Virus record (IMG/VR): IMGVR_UViG_3300003962_000002
Coordinates: 1-64,000 of that record
Strand: one strand, 5' to 3'
DNA length: 64,000 nucleotides
DNA from: a virus
Taxonomy: Duplodnaviria; Caudoviricetes
Under the pieces are notes generated by a model. It was not told where the DNA came from and made no database searches. It saw nothing but the letters and a program-made list of their open reading frames with translations. A program made the translations under genes and the position numbers. Of this stretch, positions 8,650 to 17,365 are shown piece after piece; position 1 is the stretch's first letter; the number at the start of each line of letters is the position of its first letter.

Positions 8650-8969
8650 ACAAAATTAAACAACATTGGGACTATATTTGGACGGCAGTAACTCTCGGAG
8701 TTGCTGCTATTTTTTTCATCTGGAGTAAAAAGAACAGTAGGATCAAAGAACTAGAACAACAACTAGTTACGACCAAAACTCAAAAAGAAGCAGATATTGT
8801 AGAAGTTAAAATTAAGACTTTACAAAACGAACAAAGCGGAGTAAAAAAAGAACAAGAGAAATTAAACACTCTCTTGCAAGATCTAGAAAAACAAAGATTA
8901 GCGATCCAGAAGAACACTCAACACTTAAAGAATCCTAAAGAAATAGCAGAGTATTGGGAAAGAAACTAA
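8646..8969 (+). CDS. single-TM coiled-coil protein (i-spanin-like architecture)
   Basis: TM YIWTAVTLGVAAIFFIW followed by a long heptad coiled coil. Confidence 0.65.
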   Translation: MNKIKQHWDYIWTAVTLGVAAIFFIWSKKNSRIKELEQQLVTTKTQKEADIVEVKIKTLQNEQSGVKKEQEKLNTLLQDLEKQRLAIQKNTQHLKNPKEIAEYWERN

Positions 8970-9541
8970 TGACTATTTGGTTTAGCTCTGACACTCACTA
9001 CTGGCATAAGAACGTTATTTCTTATTGTAATCGTCCTTTTGACTCTGTTCAAGAGATGAATGAGTATTTGATTGCCGAACACAATAAACTAGTCCAACCA
9101 GAAGATACGTGGTACTTTTTAGGAGACTTTGCCTTTTGTAGCAAAAAGTGGGCTAGAGAAATAGTAAGTCGATTAAATGGTAGAAAAATCGCCATTAAAG
9201 GAAATCACGATCCGAATTTAACCAAAATAGGATTTGACTTGTGTGTACCAGAAATGGTAACTTGTATACAAGGTCATGTAGTGCGCCTCTGTCATTATCC
9301 TAGGGCACCAGAAGACAGATCAACAAACACTTATGATCTTAGGTACTTAGATAGAAGGCCTCCAAAAGTAGAAGGAGAATTCTTGCTACACGGCCACTCC
9401 CACTCAATTAAAGAAGTAAAATTGGGAGATTGGAGCTTGGACGTAGGAGTAGACGGAAACAACTACAAACCTTACAGCGAATACGAGATAGCACACATCA
9501 TATTCAAATATAAACAGGACTTAGAAAATGAAAAATCTTGA
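8969..9541 (+). CDS. calcineurin-like metallophosphoesterase
   Basis: SDTHYWH, LGDF, KGNHD, CHYP, LHGHSH, DVGVD. Start at the TAATG overlap. Confidence 0.9.
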   Translation: MTIWFSSDTHYWHKNVISYCNRPFDSVQEMNEYLIAEHNKLVQPEDTWYFLGDFAFCSKKWAREIVSRLNGRKIAIKGNHDPNLTKIGFDLCVPEMVTCIQGHVVRLCHYPRAPEDRSTNTYDLRYLDRRPPKVEGEFLLHGHSHSIKEVKLGDWSLDVGVDGNNYKPYSEYEIAHIIFKYKQDLENEKS

Positions 9542-9854
9542 ACAGTGGGCTAGGCACAAATTCCTCCACTACAGTTACCAACGAGAAGGTATGACCTTGG
9601 ATTGGAGATACCTCTCAGGGCCTCGTAAATTGGCCTGGATTGGCGAATTAGTGGACGTGTGGGACACAGTCCTGACCGAGCTAAGAAACGAGCTACAAAT
9701 GCCTAAAAACAACTCTAAACCTATGGCATCCTACGATAGGGGTTTTATGGACGGAGAGAGCCACGAAAACTCAGCCTTACTGTTTAAGTTAGACAGACTT
9801 GAACAAGAGATAAAAAGTCAATACCTGGATCTTAAAGACAAATATACGAAATAA
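9528..9854 (+). CDS. hypothetical protein
   Basis: 108-aa ORF in the operon. Confidence 0.65.
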   Translation: MKNLEQWARHKFLHYSYQREGMTLDWRYLSGPRKLAWIGELVDVWDTVLTELRNELQMPKNNSKPMASYDRGFMDGESHENSALLFKLDRLEQEIKSQYLDLKDKYTK

Positions 9855-9862
9855 GGATATTT

Positions 9863-10306
9863 ATGCCTATGAAAGTGGTAAAGGGAGATATATTTGATTT
9901 GGCTCCCAAAGGAGCTTATTTACTTCACGCCTGTAATTGTCAGGGAGTTTGGGGATCAGGAATAGCTAAACAGTTCAAAGATAAATACCCATTAGACTAC
10001 TTAGATTATAATAATTTTTGTAAAGTATTGGGTACTCCTGGAACAGCCTTTATTACTAGAAACAAAATCATTTGTTTAATGACTTCAAAAGACTATGGTC
10101 CTGGGCTATCTTCTAAAGATATTATTTTGGATAATACAGCAGAAGCTTTACACCATCTTAGGTTTCTGTTAGAATATGGTTCAGTTGTTTATTCTCCCAA
10201 AATAAATAGCGGACTGTTCAAAACCCCTTGGAAAGACACAGAAAAATTGATAAATACGTTTCTTAAGCGTAGACCAGACGTAACTTGGATCGTGGGAGAG
10301 TTGTGA
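9863..10306 (+). CDS. macrodomain protein (Poa1p/TARG1-like ADP-ribose-processing enzyme)
   Basis: KGDIF, HACNCQGVWGSGIAKQFK, SPKINSGLFKTPW. Confidence 0.88.
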   Translation: MPMKVVKGDIFDLAPKGAYLLHACNCQGVWGSGIAKQFKDKYPLDYLDYNNFCKVLGTPGTAFITRNKIICLMTSKDYGPGLSSKDIILDNTAEALHHLRFLLEYGSVVYSPKINSGLFKTPWKDTEKLINTFLKRRPDVTWIVGEL

Positions 10307-10323
10307 CAAATCGACCAAAATGA

Positions 10324-10335
10324 GTATACATTATT
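10324..10335 (+). promoter_or_regulatory. GTATACWWTATT motif copy (candidate phage promoter element)
   Basis: gtatacattatt in the intergenic gap, 12 nt before the ATG at 10348; GTGACA at 10303-10308 upstream. Confidence 0.4.
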
Positions 10336-10347
10336 GAGGTTTAGACT

Positions 10348-10641
10348 ATGTACGTAGTTAAGTTAAAACGAAAAGACCATAATCCCCCTAAATACATCAA
10401 CGGTTGGCGATCGGAATTTATTACTGATTTAGGAGAAGACTCCATAGATCGACTGAAAAAGTTAACAATGTCTTTGGAAGAAGCTAGACAGACCATGAAA
10501 GACGAGCTGCTCCAAGCCAGAGACAAAGAAGATTACTTCACACAACAAGAAATGAAGATAGATTACATAGCAATAGTGCGATTGTCAAAATACCCACCGC
10601 ACGGGGAAGTAGAAGTAGTAGATTATCAAGAAGTAAAATAA
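10348..10641 (+). CDS. hypothetical protein
   Basis: 97-aa ORF with RBS gagg. Confidence 0.7.
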   Translation: MYVVKLKRKDHNPPKYINGWRSEFITDLGEDSIDRLKKLTMSLEEARQTMKDELLQARDKEDYFTQQEMKIDYIAIVRLSKYPPHGEVEVVDYQEVK

Positions 10642-10649
10642 AAGGAGAT

Positions 10650-13600
10650 ATGATGTTCAAAAACGAGGCCGCTGAATTTGTATATTATCGCACTTATGCT
10701 AAATGGGACGAACAACTTAAACGCAGACAAACCTGGGAAGAGACCGTAGATCGAGTAATAAATTTCTTGAAAGATGAACGTGGAGACAAAGTACCTCCTA
10801 AAGTATTTAAAAAAATAAAACAATCCATGTTGGATTTTTCCGTACTCCCGTCTATGCGCTTGGTCTGGTCGGCTGGTCCGGCAGCAAAAGCCTCAAACGT
10901 GTGTATTTATAATTGCAGTTTCTTACCTGTAGATTCAATAGAATCTTTCGCAGAGTGCCTATATATTTTGTGTTGTGGTTCTGGAGTAGGATTTAGCGTA
11001 GAACGCAAATACACACAACAACTGCCAATCATAAAACCCATCGATAGAACTCATACTCCTAGAACTTGTTTTGTAGGAGATTCTAAAGAAGCTTGGGCTG
11101 ATTCTGTTAAAATGCTTCTGGAAAATTTATACGAAGGTAAGAATTTAGAATTCGATTATAGTAACATTCGCCCAAAAGGAACTCCTTTAAAGACTATGGG
11201 AGGTCGAGCTTCTGGTCCAGAACCTCTAGCAGTATTGCACGCTTCTATAAAACAAATATTTAATAATGCTCAAGGTAGAAAACTTACTTCTCTTGAATGT
11301 CACGATATTATGAACAAGATAGCAGAGATTGTTGTGTCTGGAGGGGTTCGGAGAAGTAGTGAGATTAGTTTGTCTGATTTAGACGACGAAGAGATGCAGA
11401 ATGCTAAAGTATGGCCGTTTCCTCTACACAGAGCTATGGCAAATAATAGTGCGGTTTATTATGAGAAGCCTTCAGCGGTAGACTTTCTTAAAGAGTGGTC
11501 TTCTTTAGCTTCTAGTGGAACCGGGGAGCGAGGAATTTCTAATCTAGGTGCAACTAGAGCTTTGGCTCCGAAACGTAGAAATGGAAATAGGCTTGATGGG
11601 TTCAACCCGTGTCAACCCGGTTTCGCCAAAATCACTACTCGTCTTGGAAATGCAACACTCAACGATATTGATGTGGGTTCTGAAATTTTAACAAAAGAAG
11701 GCTTTGCAGAAGTTATAAAGAAGTGGTCAACAGGAGTACAACCTGTCTACGAATATAAAACCGCTTTTGGTTCTTTTGTTGGAACAAAGAACCACAAAGT
11801 CGAAACAGAAACACAATTAGGTAGAGTATTAGAAGAAGTACAATACTGTGACTATTTGATCTCAAATGAAGATTTAATAGCGCCAGTGATATCAGAGACC
11901 TATTTAGGAGATTTTGAAGTTTTTGACATCACCGTTGACAACGAAAGTCACACATATTTTACCGACAATATTAGCGTGTCTAATTGCCACGAAATTGCGC
12001 TCCGTTCTTATGAGTTTTGTAATTTGAGTACTATCGTAGTGACTCCTGAAGACGATCTTGAGTCTTTGTTGGAAAAAGTAGAAACGGCAACGTGGATAGG
12101 AATTATTCAGGCTACCTTTACTGATTTTCCATATCTACGTCCTATATGGAAACAAAACTGTGATGAAGAGCGATTACTAGGAATATCTCTTTCTGGTCAA
12201 ATGGATAACACTTCAGTGTTAACTAGTGACGCCTTAAAAGCCATGAAACAAAAAGCTTTGAAAGTAGCCAAGAGAGCTTCAGAAAAGCTCAATATCTACA
12301 TGCCAGCAGCAATTACCTGTGGAAAACCCGAGGGTTGTCAGACCTCGGACACATCCATTCTAACTTCAGAAGGAATTCTAACTTTAGAGGAGATAGGAAA
12401 TATTAGAGGAGAATCTTGGCAAGATATAAAACTGACTGTGGATCAAGATAATGCTGCCCCTCAACAAGCCACCAAATTTTTTATTAATGGAAAAAAACCA
12501 ATTAAAATTCTGCATATGAGGTCTGGAGCAGTTTTAAAAGCTACGCATAATCATAAATATAGAATTATAAAAAATAATGAATATATATGGACACGAACCG
12601 ATCAAATAGTTGTTGGAGATCACATACCCTACAAAATAGGAAACTATAATGGCGGCAAAATTCAAGTTTTACAAAAATCCGATAAACCTCCACATCCAAA
12701 CTCAACGATTATTAATTTTCCCGACACTTTAGATACGGAGTTTGCTTTTTTTCTCGGGTTGTATTTCGCAGACGGCTCCAATCATAATAGAGGCATAAGA
12801 ATTTCTGGAGATAAACGAAAAAAAGAAACACTAAATAAAGTAGCAGCTTATTTTAGATCTTTAGGAGCAAATGTTAATTTTTTGGACGATCAAAAAACCA
12901 ACAAAACACAACTATATATCAACTCTCAAGAGTTGAAGCGCTTCTTAACTATTAATGGACTATCCAAACAAAGTAAATATGAGGTGAAAATTCCTCTATT
13001 AGTCAGAAAATCCACCAAAGAAGTGTTGCAAAGTTTTGTGGAAGGATATCAGGCTGGAGATGGATGCGAAACTTCTAGAGGTAACGCAGTAGTGACTGTA
13101 TCTCTTCAAATGGCAAAAGAATTACAAGTAGTAGGTAGAGCTTTAGGAAAAGCTGTTACATTGAATCTAATGCCTCCGACAGAAAGTTCTCTAGGAGGCG
13201 CCATGAGATATAGAGTTACTTTTAGACACGGTAGAGAAGGAGCAATAACCAAATCGCCATATAGAAATATGTACAAAGATTTAGACGCCCTCGGTCTTAC
13301 CACTTTAATTCCTGATGTAGTCGTCGGTATAGAAAACGCAATAGAAAATACATATGATATATCTGTGCCGTGTACGGAAACTTTCATAGCTAATAGTTAT
13401 ATTAGTCACAATACCACTTCTCAGTTGGTCTCCAGTGGTTCTGGAGCACATTCATGGTATTCGCCTTACTTTATTCGTCGATACCGTATTGCTGGCACCG
13501 ACCCCCTATTTAAAATGATGAGGGATCAAGGATTCAAGTTTACTCCAGAGAACGGCCAAACAGAAGATAATGCTACGACTTGGGTAGTATCTTTTCCCGT

Positions 13601-13976
13601 AAAAGCTCCAGAAGGAGCCGTATTTAGAAATGACCTAACCGCCATTCAACAACTAGAGTGGTACAAAAAAGTACAAACCAACTGGTGTGAACACAATCAA
13701 AGTATTACTGTTTATGTGAAAGATCATGAGTGGTTCGACGTAGGAAACTGGGTATACAACAATTGGGATATTTGCGTGGGAGTGTCTTTTTTACCTTATG
13801 ACGGAGGAAAATACGAACAAGCCCCATACGAAGAAATAACAGAGGAAAAGTACAACAAACTTATCAAGAACTTTCCAAAGATCAACTATTCTAAACTTAG
13901 TGAGTACGAACAAGAAGACTTAACAGAAGGAGCAAAAACTTTCGCTTGTGTGGGCGATAAGTGTGAACTAAAATGA
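10650..13976 (+). CDS. nrdJ: class II (adenosylcobalamin-dependent) ribonucleotide reductase with two inteins
   Basis: YYRTYA, NCSF, GSGVGFS, SGGVRRSSEIS, NP/CHEI..CNL, KPEG/T, C-terminal ACVGDKCE. Spliced length 624 aa. Confidence 0.95.
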   Translation: MMFKNEAAEFVYYRTYAKWDEQLKRRQTWEETVDRVINFLKDERGDKVPPKVFKKIKQSMLDFSVLPSMRLVWSAGPAAKASNVCIYNCSFLPVDSIESFAECLYILCCGSGVGFSVERKYTQQLPIIKPIDRTHTPRTCFVGDSKEAWADSVKMLLENLYEGKNLEFDYSNIRPKGTPLKTMGGRASGPEPLAVLHASIKQIFNNAQGRKLTSLECHDIMNKIAEIVVSGGVRRSSEISLSDLDDEEMQNAKVWPFPLHRAMANNSAVYYEKPSAVDFLKEWSSLASSGTGERGISNLGATRALAPKRRNGNRLDGFNPCQPGFAKITTRLGNATLNDIDVGSEILTKEGFAEVIKKWSTGVQPVYEYKTAFGSFVGTKNHKVETETQLGRVLEEVQYCDYLISNEDLIAPVISETYLGDFEVFDITVDNESHTYFTDNISVSNCHEIALRSYEFCNLSTIVVTPEDDLESLLEKVETATWIGIIQATFTDFPYLRPIWKQNCDEERLLGISLSGQMDNTSVLTSDALKAMKQKALKVAKRASEKLNIYMPAAITCGKPEGCQTSDTSILTSEGILTLEEIGNIRGESWQDIKLTVDQDNAAPQQATKFFINGKKPIKILHMRSGAVLKATHNHKYRIIKNNEYIWTRTDQIVVGDHIPYKIGNYNGGKIQVLQKSDKPPHPNSTIINFPDTLDTEFAFFLGLYFADGSNHNRGIRISGDKRKKETLNKVAAYFRSLGANVNFLDDQKTNKTQLYINSQELKRFLTINGLSKQSKYEVKIPLLVRKSTKEVLQSFVEGYQAGDGCETSRGNAVVTVSLQMAKELQVVGRALGKAVTLNLMPPTESSLGGAMRYRVTFRHGREGAITKSPYRNMYKDLDALGLTTLIPDVVVGIENAIENTYDISVPCTETFIANSYISHNTTSQLVSSGSGAHSWYSPYFIRRYRIAGTDPLFKMMRDQGFKFTPENGQTEDNATTWVVSFPVKAPEGAVFRNDLTAIQQLEWYKKVQTNWCEHNQSITVYVKDHEWFDVGNWVYNNWDICVGVSFLPYDGGKYEQAPYEEITEEKYNKLIKNFPKINYSKLSEYEQEDLTEGAKTFACVGDKCELK
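11610..11984 (+). mobile_element. mini-intein (125 aa, no endonuclease) in NrdJ
   Basis: CQPGFAKITT...TKNH (block B)...VFDITVDNESHTYFTDNISVSN, +1 Cys of the NPCxEI motif. Confidence 0.9.
12336..13412 (+). mobile_element. intein (359 aa) with LAGLIDADG homing endonuclease in NrdJ
   Basis: CQTSDTSILT, THNH, FFLGLYFADG, FVEGYQAGDG, YDISVPCTETFIANSYISHN, +1 Thr of the KPxGT motif. Confidence 0.95.
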
Positions 13977-13983
13977 ACAAGCT

Positions 13984-14238
13984 ATGGTTATAGCTAGAAA
14001 TTTTAATGATTATAGAGAGTATCTTCGCACAGCACAGGAGCCTTATCACGAGTGTGGATACGTCTATTCCAGCGAAAGCTTACGAGGACGAATAGGAGTA
14101 GACTTCTTTATAACTCCGCTAGCATTTCAAAGACTAGATATACGAGAGATTATACGAATATTATTCATGGTAAATATTGGAACCAAGTACGAGAATAAAA
14201 CAAGAGCTTTAAACTTAACGAGGTTGTTATATCAATGA
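13984..14238 (+). CDS. hypothetical protein
   Basis: 84-aa ORF with ATGA coupling to the next gene. Confidence 0.6.
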   Translation: MVIARNFNDYREYLRTAQEPYHECGYVYSSESLRGRIGVDFFITPLAFQRLDIREIIRILFMVNIGTKYENKTRALNLTRLLYQ

Positions 14239-14669
14239 GAAAAGTACCTAGTTGGGACGAACACTTTATGGATGTTGCTAAAGTTATTTCTAATAGAAGT
14301 AAAGATCCTAGTACTCAAGTTGGAGCATTGATTGTGGATTCGGAAAAGAAGCACGTAGCCGAAGGATATAATGGAATGATTGCGGGATGGCCGGAAAACG
14401 ACGCCATGTGGCAGAGACCCACTAAGTACTTGTTCGTGGTGCATGCAGAAGCCAATGCCCTCATCCAAGCGAAACAATCTCTCAAAGGTATGACTCTCTA
14501 TAGCACTTTATATCCGTGTCAAGAGTGCGCTAAGCTTATTGCTGCTGCTGGAATTAGACGAGTGGTGTATGATGATAATAAATCTTTTAACGAGATTTCA
14601 GAACAAATCTTTGAACTCTCAGGAATAGAGGTAGTAAGATGTCAGAAATCATCACCTTCTCCAGATTAA
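14235..14669 (+). CDS. dCMP deaminase
   Basis: RSKDPSTQVGA, GYNG, HAEANA, PCQEC zinc motif. Confidence 0.93.
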   Translation: MRKVPSWDEHFMDVAKVISNRSKDPSTQVGALIVDSEKKHVAEGYNGMIAGWPENDAMWQRPTKYLFVVHAEANALIQAKQSLKGMTLYSTLYPCQECAKLIAAAGIRRVVYDDNKSFNEISEQIFELSGIEVVRCQKSSPSPD

Positions 14670-14848
14670 AAAAAGGACACGTGTACACCCTTGAAATTAA
14701 TGGAGAAAAGATAAAATGTAAAATAATTAAAGAAGAATCTCCAGACTTATATAGAATAAAAGCTTTGAGTGGTCCTAATGCCGGACAAATCGGGTATTTT
14801 CAAATGGTTACAAAAAAGAAGAAGAAACCTATTGAACCTAGATTCTAA
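14639..14848 (+). CDS. hypothetical protein (small beta-barrel-like)
   Basis: 69-aa ORF with RBS gagg. Confidence 0.6.
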   Translation: MSEIITFSRLKKGHVYTLEINGEKIKCKIIKEESPDLYRIKALSGPNAGQIGYFQMVTKKKKKPIEPRF

Positions 14849-14877
14849 AGGTGTTATGTTTGTTCTTGGAGGTGATT

Positions 14878-15312
14878 ATGTTTTTTGCAATAAGCTTATT
14901 ATTACATTTTTTGGTCGCAGGAGCAATAACACTTCCTCCAAAACCAACGCCAGCAACCTCCTCTTCTGGAGTAGAGAAGCAAGAAAAAGAAGGCGAACTA
15001 CAGGGAACTGAAGCGCCTACTCCTATAAAAGTAGTTCTTATTCCAAAAGGTTCCGGAGCAAAGAAACAATGTTCTAATAGTTATACTGGTATAGGAATAG
15101 TACACGTATTTTATAGCGCCGTTGGTGAAATAGCAACTCAAGTCCCAGAAGGGTACCCTGCCTTTAGAGCGGGTATAAAGACGGGAGATGTAATTCTGAA
15201 CGCCTGGGAACTAAAGGGACCAGAAGGAACAAAAGTCACCGTAAGAACTAAACGAACAAACAAAAACATAAATTACCAAATAACCAGAGAAACTATTTGC
15301 CAATTTCAATAG
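14878..15312 (+). CDS. exported PDZ-domain protein
   Basis: Signal peptide MFFAISLLLHFLVAGA; YTGIGIV...VPEGYPAFRAGIKTGDVI...GPEGTKVTV, the carboxylate-binding loop and PDZ fold pattern. Confidence 0.8.
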   Translation: MFFAISLLLHFLVAGAITLPPKPTPATSSSGVEKQEKEGELQGTEAPTPIKVVLIPKGSGAKKQCSNSYTGIGIVHVFYSAVGEIATQVPEGYPAFRAGIKTGDVILNAWELKGPEGTKVTVRTKRTNKNINYQITRETICQFQ

Positions 15313-15321
15313 GAGTGTCGA

Positions 15322-15723
15322 GTGTTTGACTATTTAGAAAAAAAGTTAATAGTTCTATTGAGAATTATCTTTTTCGATAAATGTTATAAATCTAGACGAG
15401 ATATTAGGCAACTAAGAAAACAACACCCATACACAGTATATATGTGGGTGCGAGTAGCAGATCTAAAACTAGGACACCCAGTAAGTACTAGGTTTGATTG
15501 GAGATTAAGAAGAAGAATAAATCGACTGATTAACCTCAAAGGTAGTGATTGTCTTCCACCGCCGGATAGAATATACTCTTATACTTTGGATAAGGTGTGT
15601 CCGTCTAATGATAGTATTGAGGTGCTTGACGGCTTGGTATTAAATGGTAATGGTAGAGTATTTGCCTTACAACAAGCCGGATTTTACAATACGTTAATCT
15701 GTGTAAAAGCGAGGTTTAAATGA
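15322..15723 (+). CDS. hypothetical protein, possible ParB/Srx-like fold
   Basis: VLNGNGRVFAL resembles the ParB-N DGxxR motif; weak. Confidence 0.55.
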   Translation: MFDYLEKKLIVLLRIIFFDKCYKSRRDIRQLRKQHPYTVYMWVRVADLKLGHPVSTRFDWRLRRRINRLINLKGSDCLPPPDRIYSYTLDKVCPSNDSIEVLDGLVLNGNGRVFALQQAGFYNTLICVKARFK

Positions 15724-16601
15724 TTACTAGACCTATGTTGGCGGTAGATGTAGAAGACCTCTCCAAGCTCAAATACCCCGTTATAGTGAGTCCTAAACTT
15801 GACGGCATACGTTGTGTCAAGGTCAACGGAAAAGCCCTCTCCCGTTCGTTTAAACCAATCCCAAACCATCATATTCGTAATTGGATCGAAGCCAACGTTC
15901 CTGATGGAGCGGATGGCGAGATCCTTGCTGGCAATTCCTTTCAGGATTGTCAGAGTATGGTCATGACTAGAGACGGTACTCCTGAGTTTACATTCAACGC
16001 TTTTGACTATGTGCGAGATGGCTTGCTAACCCCTTTTGAAGAGAGGTTTGGTCAGTTATTACTTATTAATGACTTAAAAGAAGATAACAGTTTTAAGGTG
16101 GTTGAGCATTTTAGGGTTCACAATGAACAAGAACTCTTAGAAGCTGAAGATAAATGGTTATCTGAAGGTTTTGAAGGGGTTATGATTCGTGATCCAAACG
16201 GACCTTATAAGTGTGGTAGGTCCACTCTGAGAGAAGGTTATCTCTTAAAACTTAAAAGATTCACAGACTCTGAAGCCGTCGTAACAGGTTTCGAAGAACT
16301 ACTACACAACGATAATCCTAAGAAAAAGAATGAGTTGGGACTGACAAAAAGAAGCTCCCACAAAGATAATATGAAACCGGCAGGAACCTTAGGAGTAATC
16401 CTAGCAAAAGACTTGACAACAAACAAAGAAATACGTATAGGTAGTGGAGAAGGACTTACCAAAGCCTTCAGACAGTGTATCTGGGACAATCAAGAAACGT
16501 ATCTAGGTCAGATTGTTAAGTATAAATGGTTTCAACCTGGAACATTAGATCTACCTCGTATTTTAACTTTTGTAGGTTTTAGAGATAAAGAGGATATGTG
16601 A
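15720..16601 (+). CDS. lig: ATP-dependent DNA ligase
   Basis: SPKLDGIR (adenylated Lys), DGEI, FDY, EGFEGVMIR, LLKLK, IGSG, LPR. Confidence 0.95.
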   Translation: MITRPMLAVDVEDLSKLKYPVIVSPKLDGIRCVKVNGKALSRSFKPIPNHHIRNWIEANVPDGADGEILAGNSFQDCQSMVMTRDGTPEFTFNAFDYVRDGLLTPFEERFGQLLLINDLKEDNSFKVVEHFRVHNEQELLEAEDKWLSEGFEGVMIRDPNGPYKCGRSTLREGYLLKLKRFTDSEAVVTGFEELLHNDNPKKKNELGLTKRSSHKDNMKPAGTLGVILAKDLTTNKEIRIGSGEGLTKAFRQCIWDNQETYLGQIVKYKWFQPGTLDLPRILTFVGFRDKEDM

Positions 16602-17365
16602 TGTTGCTGCTTAACGACCAACCAATAAACGTAACAATGTTTCCTGACAAGACCTCTCAGGTATGGAACATAAACATCCCACACCCAGAACACGATGAAG
16701 CTTGTATTATATGGAATTTTGAGCATGAAGGGGAGTTTCTACATCTAGCTCAATTGGTTGACTTATTACGTACTTCTGGAGTCGAACCCACACTCTCGAT
16801 TACATATTTACCCTATGCTCGACAAGACAAAAACATTAGCAATAATGCCACTTTTGCTTTAAGGAGTTTTGCAACTCTTTTAAATACTTTACGACTAACC
16901 TCTATAGCAATCCTAGATCCACATAATCCTACAATAGTACAACAATTAATCAATGATTGTTACTGTATGTATCCTAAAGTTGAAGTTAAAAAGGTATATA
17001 ACGATCTAGGTTGTGATTTAGTTTGTTATCCTGATAAAGGAGCTAAAGATAAGTATACAGATGTTTATAAGTTTAAAGATATTGTTTATTGTAATAAAGT
17101 AAGAAATCAAGCTACTGGAGTAATAGAAGGTCTTGAATTAGTTGGAGAAGTTAAAGATAAGAAAGTTTTGCTGGTGGACGACCTTGCAGATGGGGGTAGA
17201 ACTTTTATAGAAGTAACAAAGAAACTACTTGACGCAGAAGCAAAAGAAGTATATCTTTTTGTTACTCACGGCCTTTTTACAAAAGGTATTGAGTGTTTGC
17301 TCGATTCAGGAATTAAAAGAATATTTTCTATAAATAACCTACTCAACTTGACGGAGAACAAATGA
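16598..17365 (+). CDS. PRPP-synthetase-like protein (putative ADPR-PP synthetase, Adps)
   Basis: YLPYARQDK, LDPHN, YPDKGA, KVRNQATG, LVDDLADGGRTF, FVTHGLF; adjacent to the Nampt-like gene. Confidence 0.9.
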   Translation: MMLLLNDQPINVTMFPDKTSQVWNINIPHPEHDEACIIWNFEHEGEFLHLAQLVDLLRTSGVEPTLSITYLPYARQDKNISNNATFALRSFATLLNTLRLTSIAILDPHNPTIVQQLINDCYCMYPKVEVKKVYNDLGCDLVCYPDKGAKDKYTDVYKFKDIVYCNKVRNQATGVIEGLELVGEVKDKKVLLVDDLADGGRTFIEVTKKLLDAEAKEVYLFVTHGLFTKGIECLLDSGIKRIFSINNLLNLTENK

